IMG/VR virus record: IMGVR_UViG_3300032285_002723
Span: 24,645-88,644 of that record
Reading direction: 5' to 3' (one strand)
Origin: a virus
Length of the DNA: 64,000 nucleotides
Positions within the stretch are counted from its first letter, which is position 1, and the number at the start of each line of letters is the position of its first letter. The notes beneath the pieces were generated by a model. That model ran no database searches and was not told the origin of the DNA. It was given only the letters and a program-made list of their open reading frames with translations. The position numbers and the translations under genes were made by a program. Positions 18,049 to 26,638 of this stretch are shown one piece after another.

Positions 18049-18725
18049 TGTTTAACTATGTAGATTTGGATCTACCCCAATTGGAGAGGGAGACCATTGA
18101 TGGTGTAAGATATTATAAGGTTCCTAATGAGGATGAGTTAATTAAACTTGTCTCTATCACTTCTGTAACCAGTCATAAGAACCGTCAGTTCTTTGCTGAC
18201 TGGAGAAAGAAAGTAGGAGAAGAAAAAGCAAATAAAATCACAAAGCAAGCAACCAGTCGTGGGACTGATATGCACACACTTGCTGAAATGTATTTGAAGA
18301 ATGAAGAGTTCTCTTCTCAAGTTCTTCCAATTTCGCAAATGTTATTTGGAATTGCCAAACCTTATTTAAATAAAATAAATAATATTCACGCACTTGAAAA
18401 CTCTTTGTATAGCAAAGTTTTAGGTATTGCGGGAACTGTTGATTGTATTGCAGAATACGATGGTGAATTAGCAGTTATTGACTTCAAGACTTCAAAGAAA
18501 CCAAAACCAAGAGATTGGATTGAGCATTATTTCGTACAGTGTGCTGCTTATGCTTGCATGTTATATGAGATGACTGGTATAATGGTAAAGAAGTTTGTAA
18601 TCATAATGGCTTGTGAAAACGGAGAATGTGAAATTTATGAAGAATACGACAAAGGCAAGTACATCAAGTTACTCACCGAATATATTAGAGAATTTGTTAG
18701 AGATAAACTTCAGCAATATGAATGA
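18048..18725 (+). CDS. PD-(D/E)XK exonuclease (Cas4-like exonuclease of T4-like cyanophages)
   Basis: RGTDMH, AGTVDC, IDFKTS, Q..AY motifs. Confidence 0.82.
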   Translation: MFNYVDLDLPQLERETIDGVRYYKVPNEDELIKLVSITSVTSHKNRQFFADWRKKVGEEKANKITKQATSRGTDMHTLAEMYLKNEEFSSQVLPISQMLFGIAKPYLNKINNIHALENSLYSKVLGIAGTVDCIAEYDGELAVIDFKTSKKPKPRDWIEHYFVQCAAYACMLYEMTGIMVKKFVIIMACENGECEIYEEYDKGKYIKLLTEYIREFVRDKLQQYE

Positions 18726-18972
18726 TAAAATAAAGGAAGAATTGGACAGTAAATTTATCTGTCCTCAAAAATTTGCACAAGAGATTGAACAAATTGTAAA
18801 AAATTGTAAGGTCAATTATATTGATGCGATCATTAGTTATTGTGAAGAAAATTCAATTGAAATTGAAAGTGTATCTAAATTAGTTTCTAAACCACTAAAG
18901 GAGAAACTTAAAAATAATGCAACTGAACTTAACTTTTTAAAGAAAACTACTAAAGCACGTTTGCCTCTGTAA
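18718..18972 (+). CDS. gp33: Late transcription coactivator gp33
   Basis: YIDAI..YCEEN.IEIESV.KL.SKPLKEKL...A..LNFLK. Confidence 0.85.
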   Translation: MNDKIKEELDSKFICPQKFAQEIEQIVKNCKVNYIDAIISYCEENSIEIESVSKLVSKPLKEKLKNNATELNFLKKTTKARLPL

Positions 18973-18990
18973 TACTAAACTATATAATAA

Positions 18991-19048
18991 TGCCTGCGTT
19001 GGGTGCAATCTTCACAGGTGGAGAGGAGGCAGTAATGCCTCTTTTCTT
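18991..19048 (+). ncRNA. Putative small RNA (stem-loop plus terminator hairpin) with a loop antisense to the downstream nuclease leader
   Basis: TGCCTG/CAGGTG stem enclosing GTTGGGTGCA; GAGAGGAGGCA-GTAA-TGCCTCTTTTC hairpin; exact complement TGCACCCAAC at 19062-19071. Confidence 0.5.
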
Positions 19049-19049
19049 A

Positions 19050-19057
19050 TATAAATA
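19050..19057 (+). promoter_or_regulatory. T4-type late promoter of the inserted nuclease gene
   Basis: TATAAATA exact. Confidence 0.75.
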
Positions 19058-19082
19058 ATAATGCACCCAACTCAAGAGCAGA

Positions 19083-19691
19083 ATGTATTATGTTTATCTC
19101 TGGGTAAGAGAAGATAGAACACCCTATTACGTTGGTAAGGGTAAAGAATATAGAGCGTATGTAAAGCATATTTGGGGGAAAAGATGGATTTCTCCTCCAC
19201 CAAAAGATAGAATAGTAATAGTTAAATATTTTGATAATGAAGAAGAAAGTTATTTATTTGAAGAATGGTTAATATCTACATATAGAAGAAAAACTGAAGG
19301 TGGTATTCTTATTAATAGAAGTATAGGAGGAAGAAATAAATCAAGTTTAATAAGAAGCCAAACAGAAAAACAAAAATTGAGAAATGAATCTTTAAAAAAA
19401 TACAAACAATCTGAAAAAGGAAGAGAAACTCATAAAAAATGGGTGCAAGAAAATAAAGAAAAGGTAAGAGAAATTAAGAAAAAATATAGAGATAATAATA
19501 GAGAAAAATTAAATGAAAAAAGTAGAAATAGTAAAACAAAAAAAGAATTTAATAAAAATTATAGAGAAAAAAATAAAGAAAAAATGAAAAAATATCATAA
19601 ACAATATAGTGAAAAAAATAAAGAAAAATTAAGAGATTATTATAGGCAGTATTACCAAAAGAAAAAACTTGACGCAGAGAAAATCTCTTGA
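19083..19691 (+). CDS. GIY-YIG-like free-standing (homing) endonuclease with Lys/Glu-rich helical C-terminus
   Basis: YYVYLW...PYYVGKG..R and E..LI..Y...G.L.N motifs; lies between gp33 and gp59. Confidence 0.7.
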   Translation: MYYVYLWVREDRTPYYVGKGKEYRAYVKHIWGKRWISPPPKDRIVIVKYFDNEEESYLFEEWLISTYRRKTEGGILINRSIGGRNKSSLIRSQTEKQKLRNESLKKYKQSEKGRETHKKWVQENKEKVREIKKKYRDNNREKLNEKSRNSKTKKEFNKNYREKNKEKMKKYHKQYSEKNKEKLRDYYRQYYQKKKLDAEKIS

Positions 19692-19697
19692 TATAAT
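19669..19697 (+). promoter_or_regulatory. Sigma70 promoter in the 3' end of the nuclease gene, driving gp59
   Basis: TTGACG-17-TATAAT with extended TG. Confidence 0.7.
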
Positions 19698-19721
19698 ATA
19701 TTGATAAATGGAGATTGGTAA

Positions 19722-20312
19722 ATGTCCCCTTTTGAAGTTTATAAATTATATATTTCCATTAAAAATCATTTTTCTAACCCAAAATATGATTATTTTAAAT
19801 ACGGAGGAAAATCAAGAGTAACCGAAACTTCCTTCAAAAAAAGAAAAGATATTTACTGGTTTCAAAAAATATCTCGTCAGAAGAATGATGAAGAAATCAA
19901 AGCATATTTTGTAGCAAATTTTGCAGAATGTAATGACACACAATCTTTATGGATTGGTGAGATCATTCAAAATGGTGAAGAGATTTATAACAATTGGTTG
20001 AAGAAATCTCAAAGTCTTTTTTACTTATTCAAAACAGAAGCAGAAATTTTTATAAACAAAGATAGTTTTGTAGAATTATTTGAAATCAAAAACAATCAGC
20101 ATCCAGAAATTCTTAAAAAGTATTTTCAAGGAGCAATTAGTTTAGAGACTATGGTAATTCTTGATATGATATTGGGTTATGTAAAACAGTTTGATAAGAA
20201 ACTAACAGATCCAGTGTGGGAAACCGTCAGTTTAAGAATTCAAAAATATATGCCTTTCATAAATATTGATGTAGCAAAGTATAAGGAAGTTCTCAAGGAG
20301 ATTGTTTTATGA
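19722..20312 (+). CDS. gp59: Helicase loader gp59
   Basis: Y.SIKNHF...YDYFKY.GK...F.KRKD.YWF.K; ISLET. Confidence 0.85.
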   Translation: MSPFEVYKLYISIKNHFSNPKYDYFKYGGKSRVTETSFKKRKDIYWFQKISRQKNDEEIKAYFVANFAECNDTQSLWIGEIIQNGEEIYNNWLKKSQSLFYLFKTEAEIFINKDSFVELFEIKNNQHPEILKKYFQGAISLETMVILDMILGYVKQFDKKLTDPVWETVSLRIQKYMPFINIDVAKYKEVLKEIVL

Positions 20313-20641
20313 GTGGATTTTTTGATTCGGAAGTGGTTAGAGAATCAATGTCCGAACTGGATTCACTTCAAGAACAACTTTTTGTTGATATGCTTCGTCT
20401 TCCTATTTTGGATGTTGAAGAAAAGAGAGAACATCTTGAAATGATGACTGATTTCTTGGAAAAGCAAAAATTGTTTATCTTTAGACTTTCTTTGTCTGAT
20501 GATCCAAAAGCAATTGAAATGAAAGAGAAAGTTCTTGATTCTGCTAAAATGCTTGGTCTTAAGAAGGGTCAAACAATTAATGATTTTTACGATATAATGC
20601 AAAAAACCATTGATGGTCTTAAAGAAACACTTGACGACTGA
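20309..20641 (+). CDS. Conserved cyanobacterial/cyanophage protein (DUF1825-like)
   Basis: FFDSEVV...KQK.F.FRLSLSDDP.A. Confidence 0.7.
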   Translation: MSGFFDSEVVRESMSELDSLQEQLFVDMLRLPILDVEEKREHLEMMTDFLEKQKLFIFRLSLSDDPKAIEMKEKVLDSAKMLGLKKGQTINDFYDIMQKTIDGLKETLDD

Positions 20642-20659
20642 CCTCATACCTGCTACAAT
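20631..20659 (+). promoter_or_regulatory. Sigma70 promoter for gene 32
   Basis: TTGACG-17-TACAAT with extended TG. Confidence 0.7.
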
Positions 20660-20703
20660 TAATACGAAGAATACTTCAAATACTACTAATACGGAGAATA
20701 CGA

Positions 20704-21603
20704 ATGTCTTTTGCTGATCTTAAAAAGCAATCCAGTATGGGTTCTTTGACCGAGAAACTCATCAAACAAGTTGAAAAACTCAACGATTCTGGTTCTAAAG
20801 ATGATGATCGTTTTTGGAAACCAGTAATGGGTAAAGGTGATACAGGTTCTGCTGTTATTCGCTTCTTGCCTGCTCCAGAAGGATGTGAACTTCCTTGGGC
20901 ACAAGTGTGGTCTCACGCATTCCAAGGCACTGGTGGTTGGTTGATTGATGAATGCCTAACTACTCTTGGTCAAAATTGTCCTGTGTGTGAAAAGAATCGT
21001 GTTCTGTGGAACTCTGGTTCTGATCGTGATAAAGAAGAAGCACGTAAACAGAAGCGTAAACTGTCTTATTACAGCAACATCTATGTTGTAAAAGATCCTG
21101 CAAATCCTGCTAATGAAGGACGAGTGTTCCTTTATAAGTTTGGTAAGAAAATCTTTGATAAGATTATGGCTGCTATGCAACCAGAATTTGATGATGAAGA
21201 ACCAATCAATCCTTTTGATTTCTGGAAAGGTGCGAACTTCAAACTGAAATTGGTGAAGAAGGATGGTTATTGGAATTATGACAAGTCAGAGTTTGCAAGT
21301 CCAGAACCTCTTATGTCTGATGATGACGACCTGGAATCAATCTATAAGTCGCTGAATAATCTTGGTGATTTCACTGATCCTTCTAAATTCAAATCTTATG
21401 AAGATCTGAAGAAGCGTCTTGATTATGTTCTTGGTCTTCGTGGAACTCCAAAGTTGCAAGATCCAGAGACAGTTGATGAAGAGGAAGAAGTTGAAGTTTC
21501 ACGTCCTGTGCGGGAATCTGTTTCAGTTCGTCCTTCTGCTTCTAATGATGATGAGGACGAGGATGACGCAATGTCATACTTCCAGAAGTTGGCAGAGTCC
21601 TGA
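20704..21603 (+). CDS. gp32: Single-stranded DNA-binding protein gp32
   Basis: DDRFWKP, AVIRFLPAP, C..TLG..CPVC, KFGKKIFDKI, acidic tail. Confidence 0.95.
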   Translation: MSFADLKKQSSMGSLTEKLIKQVEKLNDSGSKDDDRFWKPVMGKGDTGSAVIRFLPAPEGCELPWAQVWSHAFQGTGGWLIDECLTTLGQNCPVCEKNRVLWNSGSDRDKEEARKQKRKLSYYSNIYVVKDPANPANEGRVFLYKFGKKIFDKIMAAMQPEFDDEEPINPFDFWKGANFKLKLVKKDGYWNYDKSEFASPEPLMSDDDDLESIYKSLNNLGDFTDPSKFKSYEDLKKRLDYVLGLRGTPKLQDPETVDEEEEVEVSRPVRESVSVRPSASNDDEDEDDAMSYFQKLAES

Positions 21604-21631
21604 TTTCAAAATCACTTTTTAATTACACTTA

Positions 21632-21662
21632 CCCCCCGAAAAAAATCGGGGGGATTTTTTTG
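21632..21662. terminator. Terminator between convergent gp32 and gp53
   Basis: CCCCCCGA-aaaaaa-TCGGGGGG followed by a T tract. Confidence 0.8.
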
Positions 21663-21674
21663 TCAAAAAGGTTT

Positions 21675-22334
21675 TTATACTCCAGTAAATTGTGGATTAT
21701 AAGTTTTCTTGTTTAGTTGATTGATGTATTGAGACGATTGATCGTATTTCATAATATTTCTCATATCTGTAATTACTACGGATAGGAATTGTGGTTTTAA
21801 CACTCTAATTTGTCTCTTATCTTCATTGATACCAACTTCATACTCATAGTTTGTAACTGCTTTTACTGGATTTGCAGTGATTGCTACATTATCAAAGGTT
21901 GTATATGAAACAGTAAAATCTTCATCTACTTCAAATCCAGAACCAATTACAAGACGATCATATTGATCTTTGATTTCTGTAGTTTCATAATGATGAACAT
22001 CTGTTAATGCTGCATCAGATCCATACTTATCAATCATATAGTTATATAAGTCATTATTGTTCAATGGCCATTGATCTCTTACGTTTGTAATGTTATTCGT
22101 GATTAAAATCACCCAATCAAGTTCTGGATCACCATAAAGTTTTGAAGCAACTACTTCTGGTCTTTGATCATCAGTAATTTGATAATAATCAAAGGCAGTA
22201 ATAGCATTAATGACATCAGATCTTATCTTTGCTCTTTTAAAAAGATTTTTGACGGTAATATAATCTTCATTTGTGCTTGCATTAGGCAAACGAGAAAGAT
22301 AAGAAATATTTGGAAATTCGTTAAAATATGCCAT
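21675..22334 (-). CDS. gp53: Baseplate wedge subunit gp53
   Basis: YF..FPN, RPE.VA.KLYGD..LDWVIL..NNI....WP, HHYET. Confidence 0.88.
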   Translation of the reverse strand: MAYFNEFPNISYLSRLPNASTNEDYITVKNLFKRAKIRSDVINAITAFDYYQITDDQRPEVVASKLYGDPELDWVILITNNITNVRDQWPLNNNDLYNYMIDKYGSDAALTDVHHYETTEIKDQYDRLVIGSGFEVDEDFTVSYTTFDNVAITANPVKAVTNYEYEVGINEDKRQIRVLKPQFLSVVITDMRNIMKYDQSSQYINQLNKKTYNPQFTGV

Positions 22335-22335
22335 T

Positions 22336-23868
22336 TTAGTATCCTACATCGTTTGGTGAAATTGGATAAAGATCGCCAAGAAGATTTTTATCTGCATTTC
22401 TTCCATCAAAAATAACACTTTGATAATCAGTATCATAAATTGGTTCAAGTTCTTTGAATGACATATTCATAATCACAGATACTGGTTGACCATCATCATA
22501 TGCTGCCCAAGTTCCATCAGCAGTATAATTCATAGAAAAACCAACCAATGCACAAGTTTTAATTCTATTTACACCTTGGATTGGATTTCCATTAGAAGTT
22601 TTGTATTGCAGTTGAAATACATTTGGTGTTCCCAAGAAATATGATGATGCTCCTGCAGCCGAACCATATACATTAGTTCCTGATTTTTTATCTTGTTTTT
22701 TTGCTGCCATTCCTTGTTTAAAGAATCTTATAATTTTATTAATATCTGTTGCTTCTTCTTTGCTTCTTGGACTCATTCTATACTGGAATGTAAATTCTCT
22801 TAATGTTGGTGAATTGAAGAGAAGTTCAAGATTACTATTTGGAACAACTCCAAATCCTCTTGCTAAAATACTTTCTGGTGATACTGAAAATCCTGCCATT
22901 GAAAGAACTTGTGATCCAACTCCAGTTTTGAATAATGCATTTGCTGATTTTGAATTTATTAATCCATCTGTTAGTGCCGATAATATTGCCGCTTTTACTA
23001 CTAATCCTCCACCTCCAGAAACTCCCGTTACTCCTCCAATTGCAGTACCACCTAAAGCCGCTCCTGCATACTTGCCGAGATCACCAATAACTTCTGCAGT
23101 AGCAGCAGCAGAAAGATTATTCATATTATCATCACCCCAAGAAACATTATTAGAATCAGTCACATTATTTGGCATAGGTAATTTAACAATTCCCAAATAT
23201 TTTTTTAATGCAGAAGTTTTTTGTAGTCCATTTTTTAATATTTTTACTGCTCCGTCAGTTCTTCCAAATAATTCGTCTGATTTTGGTGGTTGGTAATGAA
23301 ATTGTCCTATTTGTAAATAATCTTGTGTTTTATTATATAAAGCATCTTTTGGATATTGTAAATTTATTTTTAAATTTTCATCTATAGATCCAAATTGCAA
23401 ATCGGATTTCAAATCTTTTATATTTAAATCAAATAAAGCTCCTGATAATATTGAACCAACAATTGGTATTGCTGTTGCTATTCCTGGATTTGTTCCTGGA
23501 AAATAGTTTTGAACCCCTGCTGTTGTAGTTGGATTTTGTGCTGTTGGGTCTATCTTTAAACCTTTATTTTGTCCTCCACCACGTAAATATGCGGCATTTG
23601 TTGCTCTACGTATATCTTCACTTAATTGATTTGCACGTGCAGTTGGTTTAGATGGGTCGTTATTTGTAAATAATTGTGGATCTTGTATCGCGTCATTTGT
23701 CCAATTTCCGTTTTGATAAAATACTGCTGCCCCAAGAGCACCTCTTAATAAATTTTGTTCCCTTAAACGATAATCTCCAGTGGTTGGATCATATTCAACT
23801 CCCAATTGAAGGCCTGTAGGACCTACTGAAGATCTATAAAAATCGTTATTTAAGATTTTATATCCCAT
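22336..23868 (-). CDS. gp48: Baseplate tail-tube cap gp48
   Basis: N.NLELLFNSPTLREFTF..PRS..EA; F.ELEPIY; start placed at ATG 23868. Confidence 0.8.
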   Translation of the reverse strand: MGYKILNNDFYRSSVGPTGLQLGVEYDPTTGDYRLREQNLLRGALGAAVFYQNGNWTNDAIQDPQLFTNNDPSKPTARANQLSEDIRRATNAAYLRGGGQNKGLKIDPTAQNPTTTAGVQNYFPGTNPGIATAIPIVGSILSGALFDLNIKDLKSDLQFGSIDENLKINLQYPKDALYNKTQDYLQIGQFHYQPPKSDELFGRTDGAVKILKNGLQKTSALKKYLGIVKLPMPNNVTDSNNVSWGDDNMNNLSAAATAEVIGDLGKYAGAALGGTAIGGVTGVSGGGGLVVKAAILSALTDGLINSKSANALFKTGVGSQVLSMAGFSVSPESILARGFGVVPNSNLELLFNSPTLREFTFQYRMSPRSKEEATDINKIIRFFKQGMAAKKQDKKSGTNVYGSAAGASSYFLGTPNVFQLQYKTSNGNPIQGVNRIKTCALVGFSMNYTADGTWAAYDDGQPVSVIMNMSFKELEPIYDTDYQSVIFDGRNADKNLLGDLYPISPNDVGY

Positions 23869-23870
23869 AT

Positions 23871-24386
23871 TTAAGGAGAAGATAAGTTGTCTGAATAATC
23901 CCAAACTTTTGATTTAAATATTGGTTGTCCTCTTCCATCTACAAATTTTTCAGTAGGAAGTAAAGAAACTTCTCTCCATTCCTTTTCTGGAACTACAAAT
24001 AAATCAGACATCACACCAGAGAAAAGATATTTATGTAAGGTTTTCTTTGGAGCATTTACGAATCCAAATTTATTTATGTAGGAATCTGCAACTCCACCAC
24101 GATACTGGGGATTTAGATAATGAAGATTTGAACCAAAGAACCAACCCTCTCTTTTGTTGATTTCTATAATATAAGATAGTGGTTGTCTATCCCAGAATTT
24201 ATATTTTTGTGGATATTTTGCATTATATAAAAAGAAAACTAAATTACCAGGTCTAATAAATCCAGTATCTTCTTCACTTATGTCTTGATCTTGAACATTC
24301 ATAAGTTCATTCATTAAAGAATTAGTCCACCAATCAGTGCTTCTATATTTTTTTCCTGCTTCTTTGATTATTTTTTCGGCAATCAT
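23871..24386 (-). CDS. gp2: DNA end protector gp2-like
   Basis: FFLY.AKY....WDR.PL, G.NLHYL, LH.YL, LP.E.F; synteny. Confidence 0.72.
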   Translation of the reverse strand: MIAEKIIKEAGKKYRSTDWWTNSLMNELMNVQDQDISEEDTGFIRPGNLVFFLYNAKYPQKYKFWDRQPLSYIIEINKREGWFFGSNLHYLNPQYRGGVADSYINKFGFVNAPKKTLHKYLFSGVMSDLFVVPEKEWREVSLLPTEKFVDGRGQPIFKSKVWDYSDNLSSP

Positions 24387-24850
24387 CTTGTTTGTATTCC
24401 TAATTCTTTTTCTGTAAAGATGCGAAATTCATAATTATGATCAGCACACCATTCTTTTGCAGCACTCCATTTTGCTTGATTGATTGCCCACATTTTCACA
24501 GAATATGCCCAAGATTTTGTTCTTCTTTTGGGATTTGTGTCTGGCATTTTTAATTCTTTTGCTGGTTTGATTTCAACGACAAGTGTTCTGGTATTCCCAT
24601 CTTTATCTTTATACTTAACAAAAAAGTCAGGAAAGTATCTATGAACCTTATTGTCTATTGGTGAGCGATATGGAATCCAAAATTCTTCACTTTTCCAAGT
24701 ATTAACACTTTCAGTTAAATCACAATATTGCATAAATTTTAATTCATATGAAGATCTATAAACTATATTGGTTGGATCTCCACCATACTTTTTTGGATTT
24801 TGAGGTCTAAATCTTCCTTGCCGATATTTGGAATCGTCTGGATGCGGCAT
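24383..24850 (-). CDS. gp4: Head completion nuclease gp4
   Basis: P.NP.KY.GD..NIVYRSS.E, HRYFPDF, EIKP, N.AKW.AA. Confidence 0.9.
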   Translation of the reverse strand: MPHPDDSKYRQGRFRPQNPKKYGGDPTNIVYRSSYELKFMQYCDLTESVNTWKSEEFWIPYRSPIDNKVHRYFPDFFVKYKDKDGNTRTLVVEIKPAKELKMPDTNPKRRTKSWAYSVKMWAINQAKWSAAKEWCADHNYEFRIFTEKELGIQTR

Positions 24851-24881
24851 ACATAGTATAGAATCTTATACGCATATTTAG

Positions 24882-25703
24882 ATGGCCAGAGCAAATCCAT
24901 ATAGAGTGGATCCTCTTTATGTAAAGATGACTACCCCGAGAGATATGGGGGGATCATCTTTGCCTTCAGTTCAACAAATGTTTGGCAATTTGTCTCTTAC
25001 GAGTCAATTTAAAGTCAATATGTTTTTGGGAGGTGCAACTGGTGAGCAAGATAATAAATTGTTAAAATATTTAAATGATTGTGGAATAACTAATAATTCG
25101 TCAAAAACATTTACTTATGATTTTATGTGTGCGGAAGCAGTTCTTCCTGGAGCAACCTTTGATGTTGGAGAAGAAAGTGGAAGTCGTCAGGGTATAATTG
25201 AAAGATTTCCAAATCGTAGAGTGTTTTCTGATTTTAATTTAACTTTTTATGTGGACAATGAATATAATATTATTCGTTTGTTTGAAGAATGGATGAATTT
25301 CATCAATCCAATTTATAGAACTTCTACTAATGGAAGTTCTGAACAACAACCTGCAAGTCCTAAAGGTCAAGTTGGATTTGAAGATAATGCTAATTATTTC
25401 AGATTTAGATATCCAAATCAATACAAAAGAATCATTGAAATTACCAAATTTGAAAGAGACTTTTTGTTAAACCCAAATGATCCTTATAGTCCCACAAATA
25501 ATCAAAATCTTTTAACATATCAATTTATTGATGCATTTCCAACTAATATTACTGCTCTTCCATTATCTTATGAAGGAAGCACAATAACTAAAACAACAAT
25601 TAATTTTAGTTATACTAGATATACTACATTAAAACATATTGGGGTTGAAATAAGTCCAAATATACCAAGACCAACAAGTCCAGATCAACCAGTATACCGA
25701 TAA
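24882..25703 (+). CDS. Tail-tube-like baseplate protein (gp54-like)
   Basis: LTFYVD..Y.....FEEW..FI; Y.F.DAFP.....LSY tube-fold motifs; synteny. Confidence 0.65.
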   Translation: MARANPYRVDPLYVKMTTPRDMGGSSLPSVQQMFGNLSLTSQFKVNMFLGGATGEQDNKLLKYLNDCGITNNSSKTFTYDFMCAEAVLPGATFDVGEESGSRQGIIERFPNRRVFSDFNLTFYVDNEYNIIRLFEEWMNFINPIYRTSTNGSSEQQPASPKGQVGFEDNANYFRFRYPNQYKRIIEITKFERDFLLNPNDPYSPTNNQNLLTYQFIDAFPTNITALPLSYEGSTITKTTINFSYTRYTTLKHIGVEISPNIPRPTSPDQPVYR

Positions 25704-25733
25704 ATAATTATAACTGAATTACTATAGGTCATT

Positions 25734-26459
25734 ATGCCTTTACCAAAAATTGCTACACCAACATATGAGTTGGAATTGCCATCAACTGGAAAAATAATCA
25801 AATATCGTCCATTTTTAGTCAAAGAAGAAAAGATTTTAATTCTTGCATTAGAAAGTGAAGACGTTAAACAAATCACTAGTGCAATCAAAAATACTTTAAA
25901 AGATTGTATTCTTACAAGAGGAATTAAAGTAGAAGAACTTCCTACTTTTGATATTGAATATATCTTTTTGAATGTTCGTGCAAAATCAGTTGGAGAAGCA
26001 ATTGAACTGATTATAACTTGTAGTGATGACGGAGAAACACAAGTTCCAGTTAAAGTTTATATTGATGAAATTGAAGTTCAAAAAGATCCAAAACACACAC
26101 AAGAAATTAAATTGGATGCCAATTTAGTTCTTAAAATGAAGTATCCATCTTTGAATGAATTTATTAAGAATAATTTTGATTTTAGTAGCAATGAAATTTC
26201 TTCTATTGATAGATCATTTGATGTAATTTCTTCTTGTATTGATATGGTTTATAATAATGAAGATGTTTGGTCAGCATCAGACTGCACCAAAAAAGAATTG
26301 ACTGATTGGATTGAGACATTAACATCAAATCAATTTAAAATGATTGAAGAATTCTTTAATACAATGCCAAAACTTGCACACACTTTTAAAGTGATGAATC
26401 CAAATACAAAAGTAGAAAGCGAGGTGACGCTGGAGGGATTAACAAGTTTTTTCGGTTAA
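25734..26459 (+). CDS. gp26: Baseplate hub assembly protein gp26
   Basis: MPLPKI.TPTYEL.LPS.G..I.YRPFLVKEEK.L; FDIEY.FL..RAKSVGE. Confidence 0.9.
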   Translation: MPLPKIATPTYELELPSTGKIIKYRPFLVKEEKILILALESEDVKQITSAIKNTLKDCILTRGIKVEELPTFDIEYIFLNVRAKSVGEAIELIITCSDDGETQVPVKVYIDEIEVQKDPKHTQEIKLDANLVLKMKYPSLNEFIKNNFDFSSNEISSIDRSFDVISSCIDMVYNNEDVWSASDCTKKELTDWIETLTSNQFKMIEEFFNTMPKLAHTFKVMNPNTKVESEVTLEGLTSFFG

Positions 26460-26461
26460 TT

Positions 26462-26638
26462 ATGGCTCATATGGATCTTGAGTCATATTTTAGAATCAAT
26501 TTTTCACTAATACAGTTCCATAAATATTCTTTGACCGAGATTGAGAATCTTATGCCCTGGGAACGGGACGTTTATTTGGCACTTCTACAGCAGCATATTG
26601 AAGAAGAAAATCTAAAGGCACAGCAAAATAATGCGTAA
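26462..26638 (+). CDS. gp51: Baseplate hub assembly catalyst gp51 (58 aa, not in the ORF track)
   Basis: NFSL.QFHKYSLTEIENLMPWERDVY..LL. Confidence 0.85.
   Translation: MAHMDLESYFRINFSLIQFHKYSLTEIENLMPWERDVYLALLQQHIEEENLKAQQNNA

Noticed and set aside
18048-18725. Cas4 as part of a CRISPR system
   Set aside because: This is the standard cyanophage exonuclease in its usual phoH-gp33 context; no array or other cas genes are present
16319-21603. Inteins or additional introns in thyX, phoH, gp59 or gp32
   Set aside because: All are of normal length, with no splice motifs seen
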